Origin: Candidatus Bathyarchaeia archaeon
GTDB lineage: Archaea > Thermoproteota > Bathyarchaeia > Bathyarchaeales > Bathycorpusculaceae
Assembly: GCA_049515895.1 (NCBI GenBank)
Contig: JBEKTQ010000001.1
Location: 64,001 to 128,000, forward strand
DNA: 64,000 bases
Direction of reading: 5' to 3'
Shown: in pieces, positions 9,185 to 19,131 of the stretch
Layout of the letters: each line of letters begins with the position of its first letter
Position numbering within the stretch: the stretch's first letter is position 1
Position numbers and translations under genes: made by a program
The notes under the pieces: model-generated
Seen by the model: the letters and a program-made list of their open reading frames with translations, nothing else
Database searches by the model: none
What the model was told of the DNA's origin: nothing

Positions 9185-10441
9185 ATGGAAGAATTCCTAG
9201 TTAAAGATAAAAGTCTAGCACCTCAAGGTCATTTGCAAATCGAATGGGCAACAAGCCACATGCCCGTGCTTAAACTGATAAAAAACCGGTTAGAAAAAGA
9301 AAAACCCTTTAAAGGTTTAACTTTAGGCGCTTGCCTCCACGTGACGAAGGAAACAGCTGTTCTGGTGAAGGCTTTGATCGCCGGCGGCGCCAACATTGCT
9401 TTGTGCGGTTCCAACCCTCTTTCAACCCAGGATGATGTCGCTGCTGCTTTGGCTGATAGTGGCGTTCATGTTTTTGCTTGGAGAGGACAGAATACGGAGG
9501 AATACTACAAGTGTATAGAAAACGCGTTGGATTACAAGCCGTCTATAACTCTTGATGACGGTGCAGATCTAGTCGGAACCCTACATAGCAAACGCCAAAA
9601 GCAGCTGAAGACAGTGAAAGGTGGAACGGAAGAAACCACGACCGGAGTAATTCGTCTAAGAGCTATGGAAAAGGATGGCAGCTTAAAATATCCCATCGTA
9701 GCGGTAAATGATGCTTACACAAAATACCTCTTCGACAACCGCTATGGAACGGGGCAAAGCAGCATGGATGGCATATTGCGTGCCACAAACACTTTGATTG
9801 CTGGAAAAACCTTTGTGGTTTGCGGTTACGGCTGGTGCTCAAGGGGCATAGCCATGCGGGCTCAAGGGTTAGGTGCCAACGTTATAGTGACTGAGGTGCA
9901 ACCTATCCGTGCGTTGGAAGCTGTCATGAACGGTTTACGTGTCATGCCAATAGCTGAAGCAGCAGCAGTTGGTGACATATTCATAACTGCAACAGGCGAC
10001 ATCAGCGTCATTCGAAAAGAGCACATGCAAAAAATGAAGGACGGCGCAATAATGGCTAACAGCGGCCACTTCAACGTTGAAGTCAACATTAAAGACTTAG
10101 AATCTCTCTCAACCTCTAAAAGAACAATGCGTCCTAACCTCGAAGAGTATGCGCTTAAGGACGGGAGAAAACTTTACCTTCTTGCAGAGGGCAGATTGGT
10201 GAACTTGGCAGCGGCAGAAGGGCATCCCTCCGAAGTCATGGATATGTCATTTGCTAATCAAGCGTTATGCTCGGAGTACATCGCTAAAGCTGAGAACTTA
10301 AAGCCGAAAGTCTACACGGTTCCGAAGGAAATCGATGAGAAAGTTGCTGAGTTAAAGCTGAAATCGATGAATGTTACAATTGATGAGCTTACAGATGAGC
10401 AGAAGAATTATCTGTCCACTTGGGAAATGGGAACAACATAG
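9185..10441 (+). CDS. ahcY: Adenosylhomocysteinase
   Basis: [45 protein letters not shown]. Confidence 0.97.
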   Translation: MEEFLVKDKSLAPQGHLQIEWATSHMPVLKLIKNRLEKEKPFKGLTLGACLHVTKETAVLVKALIAGGANIALCGSNPLSTQDDVAAALADSGVHVFAWRGQNTEEYYKCIENALDYKPSITLDDGADLVGTLHSKRQKQLKTVKGGTEETTTGVIRLRAMEKDGSLKYPIVAVNDAYTKYLFDNRYGTGQSSMDGILRATNTLIAGKTFVVCGYGWCSRGIAMRAQGLGANVIVTEVQPIRALEAVMNGLRVMPIAEAAAVGDIFITATGDISVIRKEHMQKMKDGAIMANSGHFNVEVNIKDLESLSTSKRTMRPNLEEYALKDGRKLYLLAEGRLVNLAAAEGHPSEVMDMSFANQALCSEYIAKAENLKPKVYTVPKEIDEKVAELKLKSMNVTIDELTDEQKNYLSTWEMGTT

Positions 10442-10522
10442 ACTGAAGCAAGCACACTCTCAAAAGCATGACAAACTTTAAATTGTTTGAGAATATACAT
10501 GGCTATAAAGTGGTGACCTAAA

Positions 10523-10882
10523 ATGGTTAGCAAAGATCAAGGAATAGGTGGAGCAATACTTGCAGTGTGCGTTATCGTAGCATTAGCATTTATAGTACTG
10601 GTCAGCTTCCCAGCAGCTGTTTCTAAACTATTAGGAATGGCTGTTAATGATAATACTGGTAACTCTATAAGGCTAGATGCAGTCTTGATTCTCGTTTCGA
10701 TAGCGTTCATAGCCATTCTCGCGATCGGTGCATGGATAGGCTGGACAATGGCAACAACACCGCCTCCGAAACCAATCGAAGAAATCACAACAGAAATTGA
10801 AGAGAAGAAAGAAGAACCTAAAGCAGAAGAGACAGCCTCAACCGAAATGCCTGCCACCGAAGCCGCTAAGAAGAAGAAATAA
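10523..10882 (+). CDS. Small membrane protein (2 TM) with acidic tail
   Basis: Two hydrophobic segments, WIGWTMATTPPPKPIEE, GGTGA RBS. Confidence 0.75.
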   Translation: MVSKDQGIGGAILAVCVIVALAFIVLVSFPAAVSKLLGMAVNDNTGNSIRLDAVLILVSIAFIAILAIGAWIGWTMATTPPPKPIEEITTEIEEKKEEPKAEETASTEMPATEAAKKKK

Positions 10883-10950
10883 AACACTAACTTTTCTAAA
10901 AATCATTTCTTTGTTTTTTTTAATTTCCAAACTCTAGTTCATGCTGCAGC

Positions 10951-11286
10951 TTAAGCTTGGCTTGTTTTCATTTTTTGCAGCATACACTCTATGACCCCTT
11001 TGCAGACCATGCAGTCATCTGGAATTTGCTGATTTCCTTGCCTTTCGCTCAAGTAGCCAAGATGGTAATGACAGGCTTCTGGTTTCTCCTTATTTTTATT
11101 CTTCTTTTCTTTAGGAGAGCGGCTTTCACCTTGATTTTCAGATTTGCTACTTTCTGTTTGTGAGTCAACTATTCTTGTTAAGCAGAAAGGGCACGCTGGA
11201 TAGTGTCCTGACGAATCCTGCACATTCAAGGTCTTGAGTGGCATAGCGAAAACTCTTCCACATGAAGGATTCGGGCACGTGAACAT
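10951..11286 (-). CDS. Cys-rich putative double zinc-finger protein
   Basis: CPNPSC..CPFC and C-x(17)-CMVC..C clusters joined by a low-complexity linker. Confidence 0.7.
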   Translation of the reverse strand: MFTCPNPSCGRVFAMPLKTLNVQDSSGHYPACPFCLTRIVDSQTESSKSENQGESRSPKEKKNKNKEKPEACHYHLGYLSERQGNQQIPDDCMVCKGVIECMLQKMKTSQA

Positions 11287-11381
11287 TTCTTTTCCTTCTT
11301 CGTCTCAGCGAACGATAAGCCTGTGTTGTTTACAGATTGTTTTTGCTGCTTTATAGCGTTAATGAATCTGAAATACAGACG

Positions 11382-12581
11382 TCAACTATCGATGCTGCAT
11401 GTTTGGGTTGGGGAAGCAAGCTTCTTTAGATTGTCCGCGCCTTCAGCGTATCCTGAAGCAACCAGTACGTCACCTGCTTCGATCTTTGAATCTGCACGAG
11501 GACGCAGACATTTCTCGCCTCTCTTAATCACCAAAACCCACATCCCTGTTCCTTCATGCACCTGCGCTTCCTTCAGCGTCTTATTCACAAGTTGAGAATC
11601 ACCAGTAACGCAAGCTTGGGCCACTGTTTCCTCCGCCTCACTGATTGTCAGCTTCAAAATTGGGTGCGGTTCAATGCCTCGCAGCACAACCTCCGCTATG
11701 TCCGCGGCGGCATCAGCGATTTTTTCCGTTGCTACTCCTAACCTGATTAACCCAAGAAAACCTGAAGCTTCTTCTTTTTTGAAGTCACTTTTTAAAACAA
11801 GCAATTCAAATTCAGTGTGTAATTGATCTACTTGTTCTTCCAGACGTTCCACTTCTTCAGCCAACTCTTTGCTGTTTAACATAACCGCGGAATAGGCTAA
11901 ATCCAACATTAGCTCCGAGGTGTCTTTAAGCTCAGCAAATCTTAATCCGATTTCCTCAAATTTTGCGCGTTCTTCAACGTCAAGTTTAGCAAATTCCCCT
12001 TCCGCTAAGTCTTTGAACGCTTCAATACCGGTAGGAGCTCCACGCGTAATAAGGACGTCGCCTTGAAAGATTTTTTCTGTTCCCTTTGGGTTAAGTATCC
12101 AGTCCTTATTTCGGCGAATTGCAATTATGTCAATTCCCATTGTCGGGGCTAATTCAAGCTCATCTATGGTTTTCTTAACTATCGTTGAGTTTGGCTTAAC
12201 GGTTACTTTCATCAAATGTTCCTCTACTTTCTCAAAAAACTTCCCTACAACCTGGTGAACTCCAATGTTACGAGTTACAATTGCTGCAATGTCTGCAGCT
12301 GCATCCGAAATCTTATCAGTGGCGGAAGCTACCCTGGAAATCCCCACCATTGCCTCAGCTTCCTTTGGATTTCTTGAAGCAACCATTATTTCCATCTCCA
12401 AAAGATATGCCAAAGTGTCTACGCGTCTTTCAAGCGCCAAAACGTCTTCAGCGAGGTCTTTATCATTGAAAAGGGCTGAGGAGTAAGCTAAGTCGATCAT
12501 CAATTCGGACAGGTTTTTCATTTCAAGCAAAAGTTCTCTGACGGGGATGGGTTTGTACTCTATCTTTTCAAATCTTGGCAT
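11382..12581 (-). CDS. Tandem PhoU-like/TrkA-C (RCK_C) protein (COG3273-like)
   Basis: Internal duplication: SELMIDLAYS/SELMLDLAYS, each followed by a TrkA-C domain (IIAIRR..GDVLI; VLVIKRG..GDVLV). Confidence 0.85.
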   Translation of the reverse strand: MPRFEKIEYKPIPVRELLLEMKNLSELMIDLAYSSALFNDKDLAEDVLALERRVDTLAYLLEMEIMVASRNPKEAEAMVGISRVASATDKISDAAADIAAIVTRNIGVHQVVGKFFEKVEEHLMKVTVKPNSTIVKKTIDELELAPTMGIDIIAIRRNKDWILNPKGTEKIFQGDVLITRGAPTGIEAFKDLAEGEFAKLDVEERAKFEEIGLRFAELKDTSELMLDLAYSAVMLNSKELAEEVERLEEQVDQLHTEFELLVLKSDFKKEEASGFLGLIRLGVATEKIADAAADIAEVVLRGIEPHPILKLTISEAEETVAQACVTGDSQLVNKTLKEAQVHEGTGMWVLVIKRGEKCLRPRADSKIEAGDVLVASGYAEGADNLKKLASPTQTCSIDS

Positions 12582-12635
12582 AACCCGGAGGCCTCTCCAA
12601 ACAAGATACCCTTTTGAATTATTTTAATTATGCCC

Positions 12636-13814
12636 TCAATGCAAAGTGAACAGGACCAGGATTATCAGCAAGGAGGTTGACATTATGATGGTTGCAAAGG
12701 ATGTTTCAAGTGGAATGACAAAGTTCTCAGGGTTTAATCCTCTTCTGAAAGTCAGTATTGCTATGCTGTAGGAGACAAGGACTATGCAGAGGGCTGCTAT
12801 AACGTTGGACACCAAGATTATCCCTATTACATCTACAACGGTGACTAATGAGGAGACTCGGTTAATTGCTAAGGAGCCTAGGGCTAAGATGAAGAAAATG
12901 AAAAAAGATGCTAACCACGCGCTGGCTATGTTTTTAGCGTGGTATCGTATTGAACTTAAAGTTGGTCTAAGCAGACCTAAAGCGAGTTTAGTGTTAGCTG
13001 TTGAGCCCACAACTGAGCCGACGTTGCTAATGTTGTTGATTAAGGCTGGGTAAGCGGTGAGTAGGGCGGGGTAAATCATCACGATTTCTCTTTGAGCGAA
13101 CCTTGTGAGTCCTCCAAAAATTGTTCCAGTCAGAGTAATAATTAGAGCGACAAGCATCAGCACCAAGAATGATTCACGTATAGTTCTTAGAAATTCACGG
13201 TCATTCCTGTCCCTCGACACTAAGTACAAAACTAGGAAGACGTGAAAAAAACCAATAGTTGCGATTAGTAGCATGCCAGGCAAAAAGGTCGACAATTTCA
13301 GCACTCCAAAGTAGCAGATTGTGATGAAAATGCTGGCTGATGTCGCTATGACGGGGTATACAATGATGTCAGGGTCTAATCCTTTTTTGAATGAGACGAA
13401 GGCAACTTTGATGGTGACCAAGGAAAATAACAGACCTATCGCTAACGTTGAAACCGTTACTGAGAGAATAGATGGAAAATCAGTTAGTCTGATACCTAAA
13501 AATAAGTTGCCGAAAAACAACGATATGACACTGACGGTTAAGCTTGTTATTAAAGTTAAGACAATGATCCCATGGAGCAGTTTATAGAAGAATCTAGTGT
13601 TCCCAGAAAATTGGGGATTAATTGTTCCAAGATGCAGGCCAGTGCTCAATCGACCGCTAAGTAAACCGTTGATTATTCTTGTGCTTATCAACACAGGATA
13701 AAGCGCCAAAGCCCACAGGTAGTGCTCGAATACCTTAAGTTGATAAGCAATTAGAAAACCAGCAATTAGTCCTGCTATGTCAAACAAATAAGCGAGTGTT
13801 GTTTGCTTAAACAT
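12636..13814 (-). CDS. MgtE-like (SLC41/COG1824) divalent cation transporter, two membrane repeats
   Basis: ~10 TM; SGRLSTGLHLG, KKGLDPD..YP, RRGLNPENFVIP. Confidence 0.8.
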   Translation of the reverse strand: MFKQTTLAYLFDIAGLIAGFLIAYQLKVFEHYLWALALYPVLISTRIINGLLSGRLSTGLHLGTINPQFSGNTRFFYKLLHGIIVLTLITSLTVSVISLFFGNLFLGIRLTDFPSILSVTVSTLAIGLLFSLVTIKVAFVSFKKGLDPDIIVYPVIATSASIFITICYFGVLKLSTFLPGMLLIATIGFFHVFLVLYLVSRDRNDREFLRTIRESFLVLMLVALIITLTGTIFGGLTRFAQREIVMIYPALLTAYPALINNISNVGSVVGSTANTKLALGLLRPTLSSIRYHAKNIASAWLASFFIFFILALGSLAINRVSSLVTVVDVIGIILVSNVIAALCIVLVSYSIAILTFRRGLNPENFVIPLETSFATIIMSTSLLIILVLFTLH

Positions 13815-14165
13815 CCCAAAGAAAGAACTAGAGAGGCTTCCATTTGAGATCCTGATTGCCCCCTTAACGTTGACTACAGAAACGCGATCTTAACCCGAAC
13901 GTTTGAAGCTTAACTTTTAGATTTTGGTTGAAAATAATATGTTCCATTGGCGTATTCAGTGAAAAGGCTGTTTCGTGGGCAATTGGTGAATTTCTTGATT
14001 TGTGGACTCCTCGCATTTTTCCCGCCATCCATTTGATTTGGCTGTCCACAGGTCACAGAGTAGCGTGCGGGCTGCCAAAGCCGATTTAACTGCCAATTAA
14101 AGTTTCTGAAAGACATTTATGTCTTAAATAGCTTCCGACCCAACAGGTTTTTGCTTGGAGTTCCT

Positions 14166-16331
14166 TTAGTGGGTTGGTAGTTTAACGTTTTGCGTGATAT
14201 TTTTCGGTTGGTAAACACACCAGGGGTCTTCAGTCAGATAATCTCTTTTTAGTTCTGTGGGTTCATGAAGATCGCCGCAGTAATCAATGAAGTCGTTAGA
14301 TAAGCCGTAGGCGCGGGCTCGGCAACCGCCACATAAGGATCGATATTCACAAGCTCCGCATTTGCCTTTCAACATGTTTGGGTCTCTTAACGCTTTGAAG
14401 ACTTCTGAGTTAAACCATATTTCCTTGAAACTATTCTGACGTACGTTTCCAAGGTTGATCGGCAAGTAGGGGCAGGGAGTTACGTCCCCGTTCGGGTAAA
14501 TGCGGCAGTAGTACAATCCCGCGATGCAACCGCGAATCCACTGCCTCATGTCTAAACCCATATCTTTGGCGATTCTCATAAACTGCGGCGCGCATGATGG
14601 TCTCACATTGAGTGTGTGATTGGCTGTTTTCGCGAACGTTTTCGCTATCATTTCTTCATATTGCTTTGGGGAAATGTCTGCTATTTTGGTTCCTCTTCCA
14701 GTTGGAACAAGGAAGAATAAATGGAAGTTTTCAACGCCTATGTTTTCAGCCAGAGTCATTATGTCGTCTATTTGATTGTAGTTCTGCTGCGTTAAGGTCG
14801 TGTTCACTTGAACAAGCACGTTGTTTTCTCTCAAAGCCTTGCAGGCATCCACGGCTTTTGCCCAAGCCCCGGATACTCCGCGGAACTCGTCGTGCTGAGT
14901 TGGGACATTGGAATCTAAGCTGATTGAAACGGTAGCTATACCCGAATCCTTAAGTTTCGTAGCCGCTGTCTCGTCTATGAGGCTCCCGTTGCTCCCCAAC
15001 CCCATCTTCAAACCGATCTTCGAACCGTACCTGATCAGTTCATAAATGTCGCGGCGCAAAAGAGGTTCACCGCCGCTCAGTATTAGCAGCGGTCTACTAA
15101 CCTGATAGATTTGATCCATCAGGTTTTTTGCTTCTTGAGTGTTCAATTCGTTATCAAGCTTTCTATCCGTGGCATTAATGTAGCAATGGGAGCATTTCAT
15201 GTTGCATTCACGTGTAATGTTCCAGGACATAACAAGAGGAACATACTGCTCCGGTTTCTTGGCAAGAGGTGAGTAAGCTAGTTTGAGGTAATATTCGCAG
15301 TTACCGTGAGTTGCTAATCGTTTCGGTTGCCAAAGCGTAAATGGGAAAGGAAGAACCGTGTCCAGCATCGCTTTAGCATGAGCAAAACAGAAGTGAGTAC
15401 AAAAAAGAGAAGCCGCTTCAGAACTTACGGCGTACTTTTCCCTGGCGTATTTGTGGCTTCCATAGATCGGGCAATTCATGAACTCCATCTGACCATCCAG
15501 CGTTTCAGCGCTCATAGCGTAATTGATCACATGGTCGCTTAGCATGATTGACTGCAGCTTTTCCCTTCGCATGCCAACTTTAAGAGTCACGTCAAGTGCT
15601 ATTTCAACAGTTTCTTGACCGAACCTATCCTGAACCCGCGTCATCGCGCTTTCAAGCACTGCAAAGCCCAAATTCTCTGCCAGTTTAGATGAGACCAGCA
15701 GCGCCTTAATTGTCTCATACTCTTGGATCAGCCTCATTCTGATAATCTGGTCAGACCAAGCTTTGAACAATTTTTTCAAAGTTTCTGACGCCTTGGGATC
15801 CTTGTTAGTTAGCAGGTTTTCAACCGTTCTTGTTTCTTTCTTTAGTTTGTTGAAAAGGTTGATTTTGACGGTATTCTCAAGGTGCGGACTAGACCTAATT
15901 TTTCCGACGGTTAAAGTAAAAGGAGTGATTTCCCGAGTGAGTTCTCTAGCGTCAGCTTGAAAATCATTATAGATGCTGCTGAGTTTTAAGGATACGTCGG
16001 GTAAATTCACCTGTAACTCTTCCAGCAGAACGTGGGTTTCCGACTCCATCTTTGTAACCATGGCCATGTGGTAAAGCAGCGAACCGCCCATGCCGGGGTC
16101 AGCTTGCTTGCTATTTACGCCCGAGAAAATTTCGAAAGACAAGCGCTTCGCCAAATCAAAATCTTCTTGCTCAATCGCAGCTAATGCGAGATTAAGTTTT
16201 TGACGTCTCAAAAGTAGGAGCTGCGCCCATCTGTGGCTTTGTTTCAGGTCGAAATTTGTTAATGCATCCACGTCCTTGAGGTAGTATTGATTCATAGGTT
16301 GAGGGTAAAAAAGGTTAGCGGTATTGCTCAT
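14166..16331 (-). CDS. Radical SAM/SPASM protein (AhbD/NirJ2-like) with ~360 aa N-terminal extension
   Basis: SWNITRECNMKCSHC, SGGEPLLR, PSCAPQFMRIA, SPASM GCIAG..C..PC..GKCGACEYRSLCGGCRARAY..DPWC. Confidence 0.88.
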   Translation of the reverse strand: MSNTANLFYPQPMNQYYLKDVDALTNFDLKQSHRWAQLLLLRRQKLNLALAAIEQEDFDLAKRLSFEIFSGVNSKQADPGMGGSLLYHMAMVTKMESETHVLLEELQVNLPDVSLKLSSIYNDFQADARELTREITPFTLTVGKIRSSPHLENTVKINLFNKLKKETRTVENLLTNKDPKASETLKKLFKAWSDQIIRMRLIQEYETIKALLVSSKLAENLGFAVLESAMTRVQDRFGQETVEIALDVTLKVGMRREKLQSIMLSDHVINYAMSAETLDGQMEFMNCPIYGSHKYAREKYAVSSEAASLFCTHFCFAHAKAMLDTVLPFPFTLWQPKRLATHGNCEYYLKLAYSPLAKKPEQYVPLVMSWNITRECNMKCSHCYINATDRKLDNELNTQEAKNLMDQIYQVSRPLLILSGGEPLLRRDIYELIRYGSKIGLKMGLGSNGSLIDETAATKLKDSGIATVSISLDSNVPTQHDEFRGVSGAWAKAVDACKALRENNVLVQVNTTLTQQNYNQIDDIMTLAENIGVENFHLFFLVPTGRGTKIADISPKQYEEMIAKTFAKTANHTLNVRPSCAPQFMRIAKDMGLDMRQWIRGCIAGLYYCRIYPNGDVTPCPYLPINLGNVRQNSFKEIWFNSEVFKALRDPNMLKGKCGACEYRSLCGGCRARAYGLSNDFIDYCGDLHEPTELKRDYLTEDPWCVYQPKNITQNVKLPTH

Positions 16332-16398
16332 GTTATGTAACGACGGATCTTCTTCGATAACCTAATAAGTCGCTAAATCAACATAGCGAGACTAACAG

Positions 16399-16695
16399 GT
16401 GAAAATGTTGAATTTCGACTGGGTCTACACGATAATAGGCTTCTTAATCATGTTTGGCTTTCTCAGCGGAATAGGCATAAACAAGCCCAGAGGCATGAGC
16501 GTGAAAATGTGGTGCTTCGGCTACTTAGCAGTCGCCTTAGTTTTTGATGCACTTGTGGTTTTAGGGTTAGTTGGTAATTACGCGCCGCTTAACGATTTGC
16601 TACTGGGGCTTTCCGCAGGCGCCGCTACCGGATTAGCCATTCACGTTATGCATCACATAGGCGAAGAAAACATCAACCCAACCATAATGGGTTAA
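16399..16695 (+). CDS. Small membrane protein (3 TM)
   Basis: Three hydrophobic segments; AGGTGA upstream of ATG. Confidence 0.6.
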   Translation: MKMLNFDWVYTIIGFLIMFGFLSGIGINKPRGMSVKMWCFGYLAVALVFDALVVLGLVGNYAPLNDLLLGLSAGAATGLAIHVMHHIGEENINPTIMG

Positions 16696-16723
16696 GACAT
16701 TAACAAAAGAGGTAATGTTATTA

Positions 16724-18592
16724 TTAGCTCCGTAATCTTTTCAAGCTTTCATCCACATATTCAAGTTTCAGCTTAGTTAATGTTTCTGATGTGGGAATTC
16801 CGTTTTGATCCCACCCTGCTTGGCTATAGTACTGCTTCACTTTTTCCTGCACGCTTGCCCTATCCGCGGCTTGCCCTTTGCACGGTCCGGTCGGTAGTGG
16901 CTCATAGAACCTCTCCGGGTTGTCATCGTCAGCATTTGGGTTCCAAGTCAAGTCTGGTCCGCCTAGAAGCAGAAGCGCACGTTGTATTTCCAACGTCTTT
17001 ATCCCGCCCCCCTGAAGCCAACCCTTTCGAGTCAATGTTTGGCCGGTGAGGGCGTTGTAGAATTCGTATCGGAAGTTCGGCTTTAGGCTGAACGAGGTAA
17101 AGATACACATTACTGCTGAATCGTTGAATATTGTCCAAATCTCGCTGCCCCATCCGTCAATTGGCAAATCGGTCATGGAAGTATGGTCGCCACCTTGAAC
17201 GCTGCAGGCATAGCCTATTTCACGTGAAAAGTCTCTTCCGCTTCGAATTCCATGGGCGCCAATACTGATGCCCTTACCAGTTATAGCGTAGGGTAAAAGA
17301 TTTTTGCCCTTCATTTTTCCGAGCTTAATTGCCGCTCGGTGGGTTCCTTCGGCCAAAACGTCACCTATGCCTTCCCTATACGCAATTCTCTTTGCCAACA
17401 CGGCGAAAGCGTCCACGTCACCCCATTTTAACTCGAGGCCAGCTAGGTCCTTCTTAGTTAGGACGCCTCTTTGGAAGAGTTCGGCGGCGAAGCCTAAGAC
17501 ACTGCCACCTTGGATGCCGCACATTCCCAAGTCTTCGATAAGCGATGACAGGTACACGTTTTCTTCAGGAGTGAACAAACCTAAGTTGGGACCTAGAAAC
17601 GCTTGCAGTTCATAGTCGGGGTTGTCACTTATGGCGCCTTTGTATTTGCCTGCGCGTATGCAGCTGATTTTCAAACAGTTTGTTGGGCAGCCGAAGTCGC
17701 TCCAAGCCGGTTTTACCCAGACCTTATTCTCAAACTGGTCTACGCCGTAGCTTCTTTGGTTATGCCACTCTTCCTGCCAGTTGCGAACGGGCTCGGAACT
17801 TGTGTCAGCGCCAAAACTATATCCTCCTCCTCCCGTCCCGTACCTGCGCCACATAACGTTGCTGTAACAGCCTTTGCAGACGTCGTCAATCATCCGCCTA
17901 ACCTTCTCTAAATCGGCCACTTCTGGCAACGGACCCGTCCCTTTAACCGCGACCGCCTTGAGGTTCTTTGAACCCATAACTGCACCATAGCCGCCGTAGC
18001 CTGCCGCATGAGTCCACTTGGCGATAACAGCCGACGGCCTAACACTCCGTTCTCCAGCTGGCCCAATGTAGAGTTTCGCTGGCTGCTTCCAGACACCCAC
18101 ACGCGGATAACGTTCAGCAAGCAGCTTCCGACATTCACGGTTCAGCAACGCTTCGGTTTGCTTGCAGTCTTTGCCCCAAACGCTAATGGCGTCCCTAAGC
18201 TCGACATCTGAGTCTTTAATAAAAAGGTAAACTGGCTTCTCCGCTTTCCCTGACACGATTATGCCGTCGTAGCCTGCGCATCGAAGTTCCACAGCGAACT
18301 CGCCGCCGACAGTTGAGCCCACCATGCCGTTGCTTTGAGGCGACTTGCCAGTTACACAAGTTCTGCCACCTGGGAAGTAACCTTGGAAGGGCCCTGTCAT
18401 GAAAAAAAGCAGGTTTTCAGGGCCTAAAGGATCCACTTTTTCCCATTTATGTATCAGTCTCTCGCTTAAGATTTTAGCCGCAAGTGCTCTGCCACCCATG
18501 TAGTCCATTAGCCACTCTTTGGGGAACGTAGTGTTTTTGAAGCTTGAGTTTGAAAGGTCAACTTCCAAGAATTTTCCAGCGTAACCCAGCAT
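16724..18592 (-). CDS. Tungsten/molybdenum aldehyde:ferredoxin oxidoreductase family, large subunit
   Basis: GYAGKFLEVDL, KSPQSNG, GYDGIIVSGKAEKPVYL, IGPAGE, GAVMGSKNLKAVAV, PDYE, YYSQAGWDQNGIP. Confidence 0.92.
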   Translation of the reverse strand: MLGYAGKFLEVDLSNSSFKNTTFPKEWLMDYMGGRALAAKILSERLIHKWEKVDPLGPENLLFFMTGPFQGYFPGGRTCVTGKSPQSNGMVGSTVGGEFAVELRCAGYDGIIVSGKAEKPVYLFIKDSDVELRDAISVWGKDCKQTEALLNRECRKLLAERYPRVGVWKQPAKLYIGPAGERSVRPSAVIAKWTHAAGYGGYGAVMGSKNLKAVAVKGTGPLPEVADLEKVRRMIDDVCKGCYSNVMWRRYGTGGGGYSFGADTSSEPVRNWQEEWHNQRSYGVDQFENKVWVKPAWSDFGCPTNCLKISCIRAGKYKGAISDNPDYELQAFLGPNLGLFTPEENVYLSSLIEDLGMCGIQGGSVLGFAAELFQRGVLTKKDLAGLELKWGDVDAFAVLAKRIAYREGIGDVLAEGTHRAAIKLGKMKGKNLLPYAITGKGISIGAHGIRSGRDFSREIGYACSVQGGDHTSMTDLPIDGWGSEIWTIFNDSAVMCIFTSFSLKPNFRYEFYNALTGQTLTRKGWLQGGGIKTLEIQRALLLLGGPDLTWNPNADDDNPERFYEPLPTGPCKGQAADRASVQEKVKQYYSQAGWDQNGIPTSETLTKLKLEYVDESLKRLRS

Positions 18593-19131
18593 TACATAAA
18601 TTCCTCCGCTTTCTCACCATACATTTTTGTTGCGAGGTTTCTGGAAGTTTCCTCCGGCGTTCTGGAATACAGCTTAAATTCATGATCTCCCCGTTTGACC
18701 ACTTTTAAGCAGTTCCAGCCGCCTTCTTGGCAGACCTTGGCGCACTTTGGGTCGCCGCCACACAAGTCACAAATCAAAACCTTCTTGGTCTGGGGATGAA
18801 TATGAGGGACTTTTCCAGGGCAAGCATCAATGCATTTTCCGCAGCCCGTGCACTTTTCAGCATCAACCACGACGGCGCTCGTATCCTTGTTCACGCCAAG
18901 AGCATTAAAGGGGCAGGCTTCAACGCATGGATAATCTTCACATTGCGTGCATAAATGAGGGAACTCGGCGCCTGGAACCAGCATGAACACTCGAACCCTT
19001 GATGCTTCAGGCCAAATTTTGTTTTCTTTTTGAAGCGAGCAGGCGATTTCGCATTTGCGGCAACCGCTGCATTTTGAAAACTCTCTGCTTATCCAAATTG
19101 CATTGTTCTCTTGCTCTGAATTCCATCCCAA
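18592..19131 (-). CDS. 4Fe-4S multicluster ferredoxin-like subunit of the AOR-family enzyme (start probably TTG 19131; track start 19266)
   Basis: CSGCRKCEIAC, CTQCEDYPCVEACP, CTGCGKCIDACP, CDLCGGDPKCAKVC; stop overlaps the large-subunit start. Confidence 0.88.
   Translation of the reverse strand: MGWNSEQENNAIWISREFSKCSGCRKCEIACSLQKENKIWPEASRVRVFMLVPGAEFPHLCTQCEDYPCVEACPFNALGVNKDTSAVVVDAEKCTGCGKCIDACPGKVPHIHPQTKKVLICDLCGGDPKCAKVCQEGGWNCLKVVKRGDHEFKLYSRTPEETSRNLATKMYGEKAEEFM

Noticed and set aside
13864-14116. Short ORFs or riboswitch upstream of the MgtE-like gene
   Set aside because: No match to riboswitch consensus I can recognise and the peptides look non-coding. Only a short palindrome (AAGACATTTATGTCTT, ~14110) is present.
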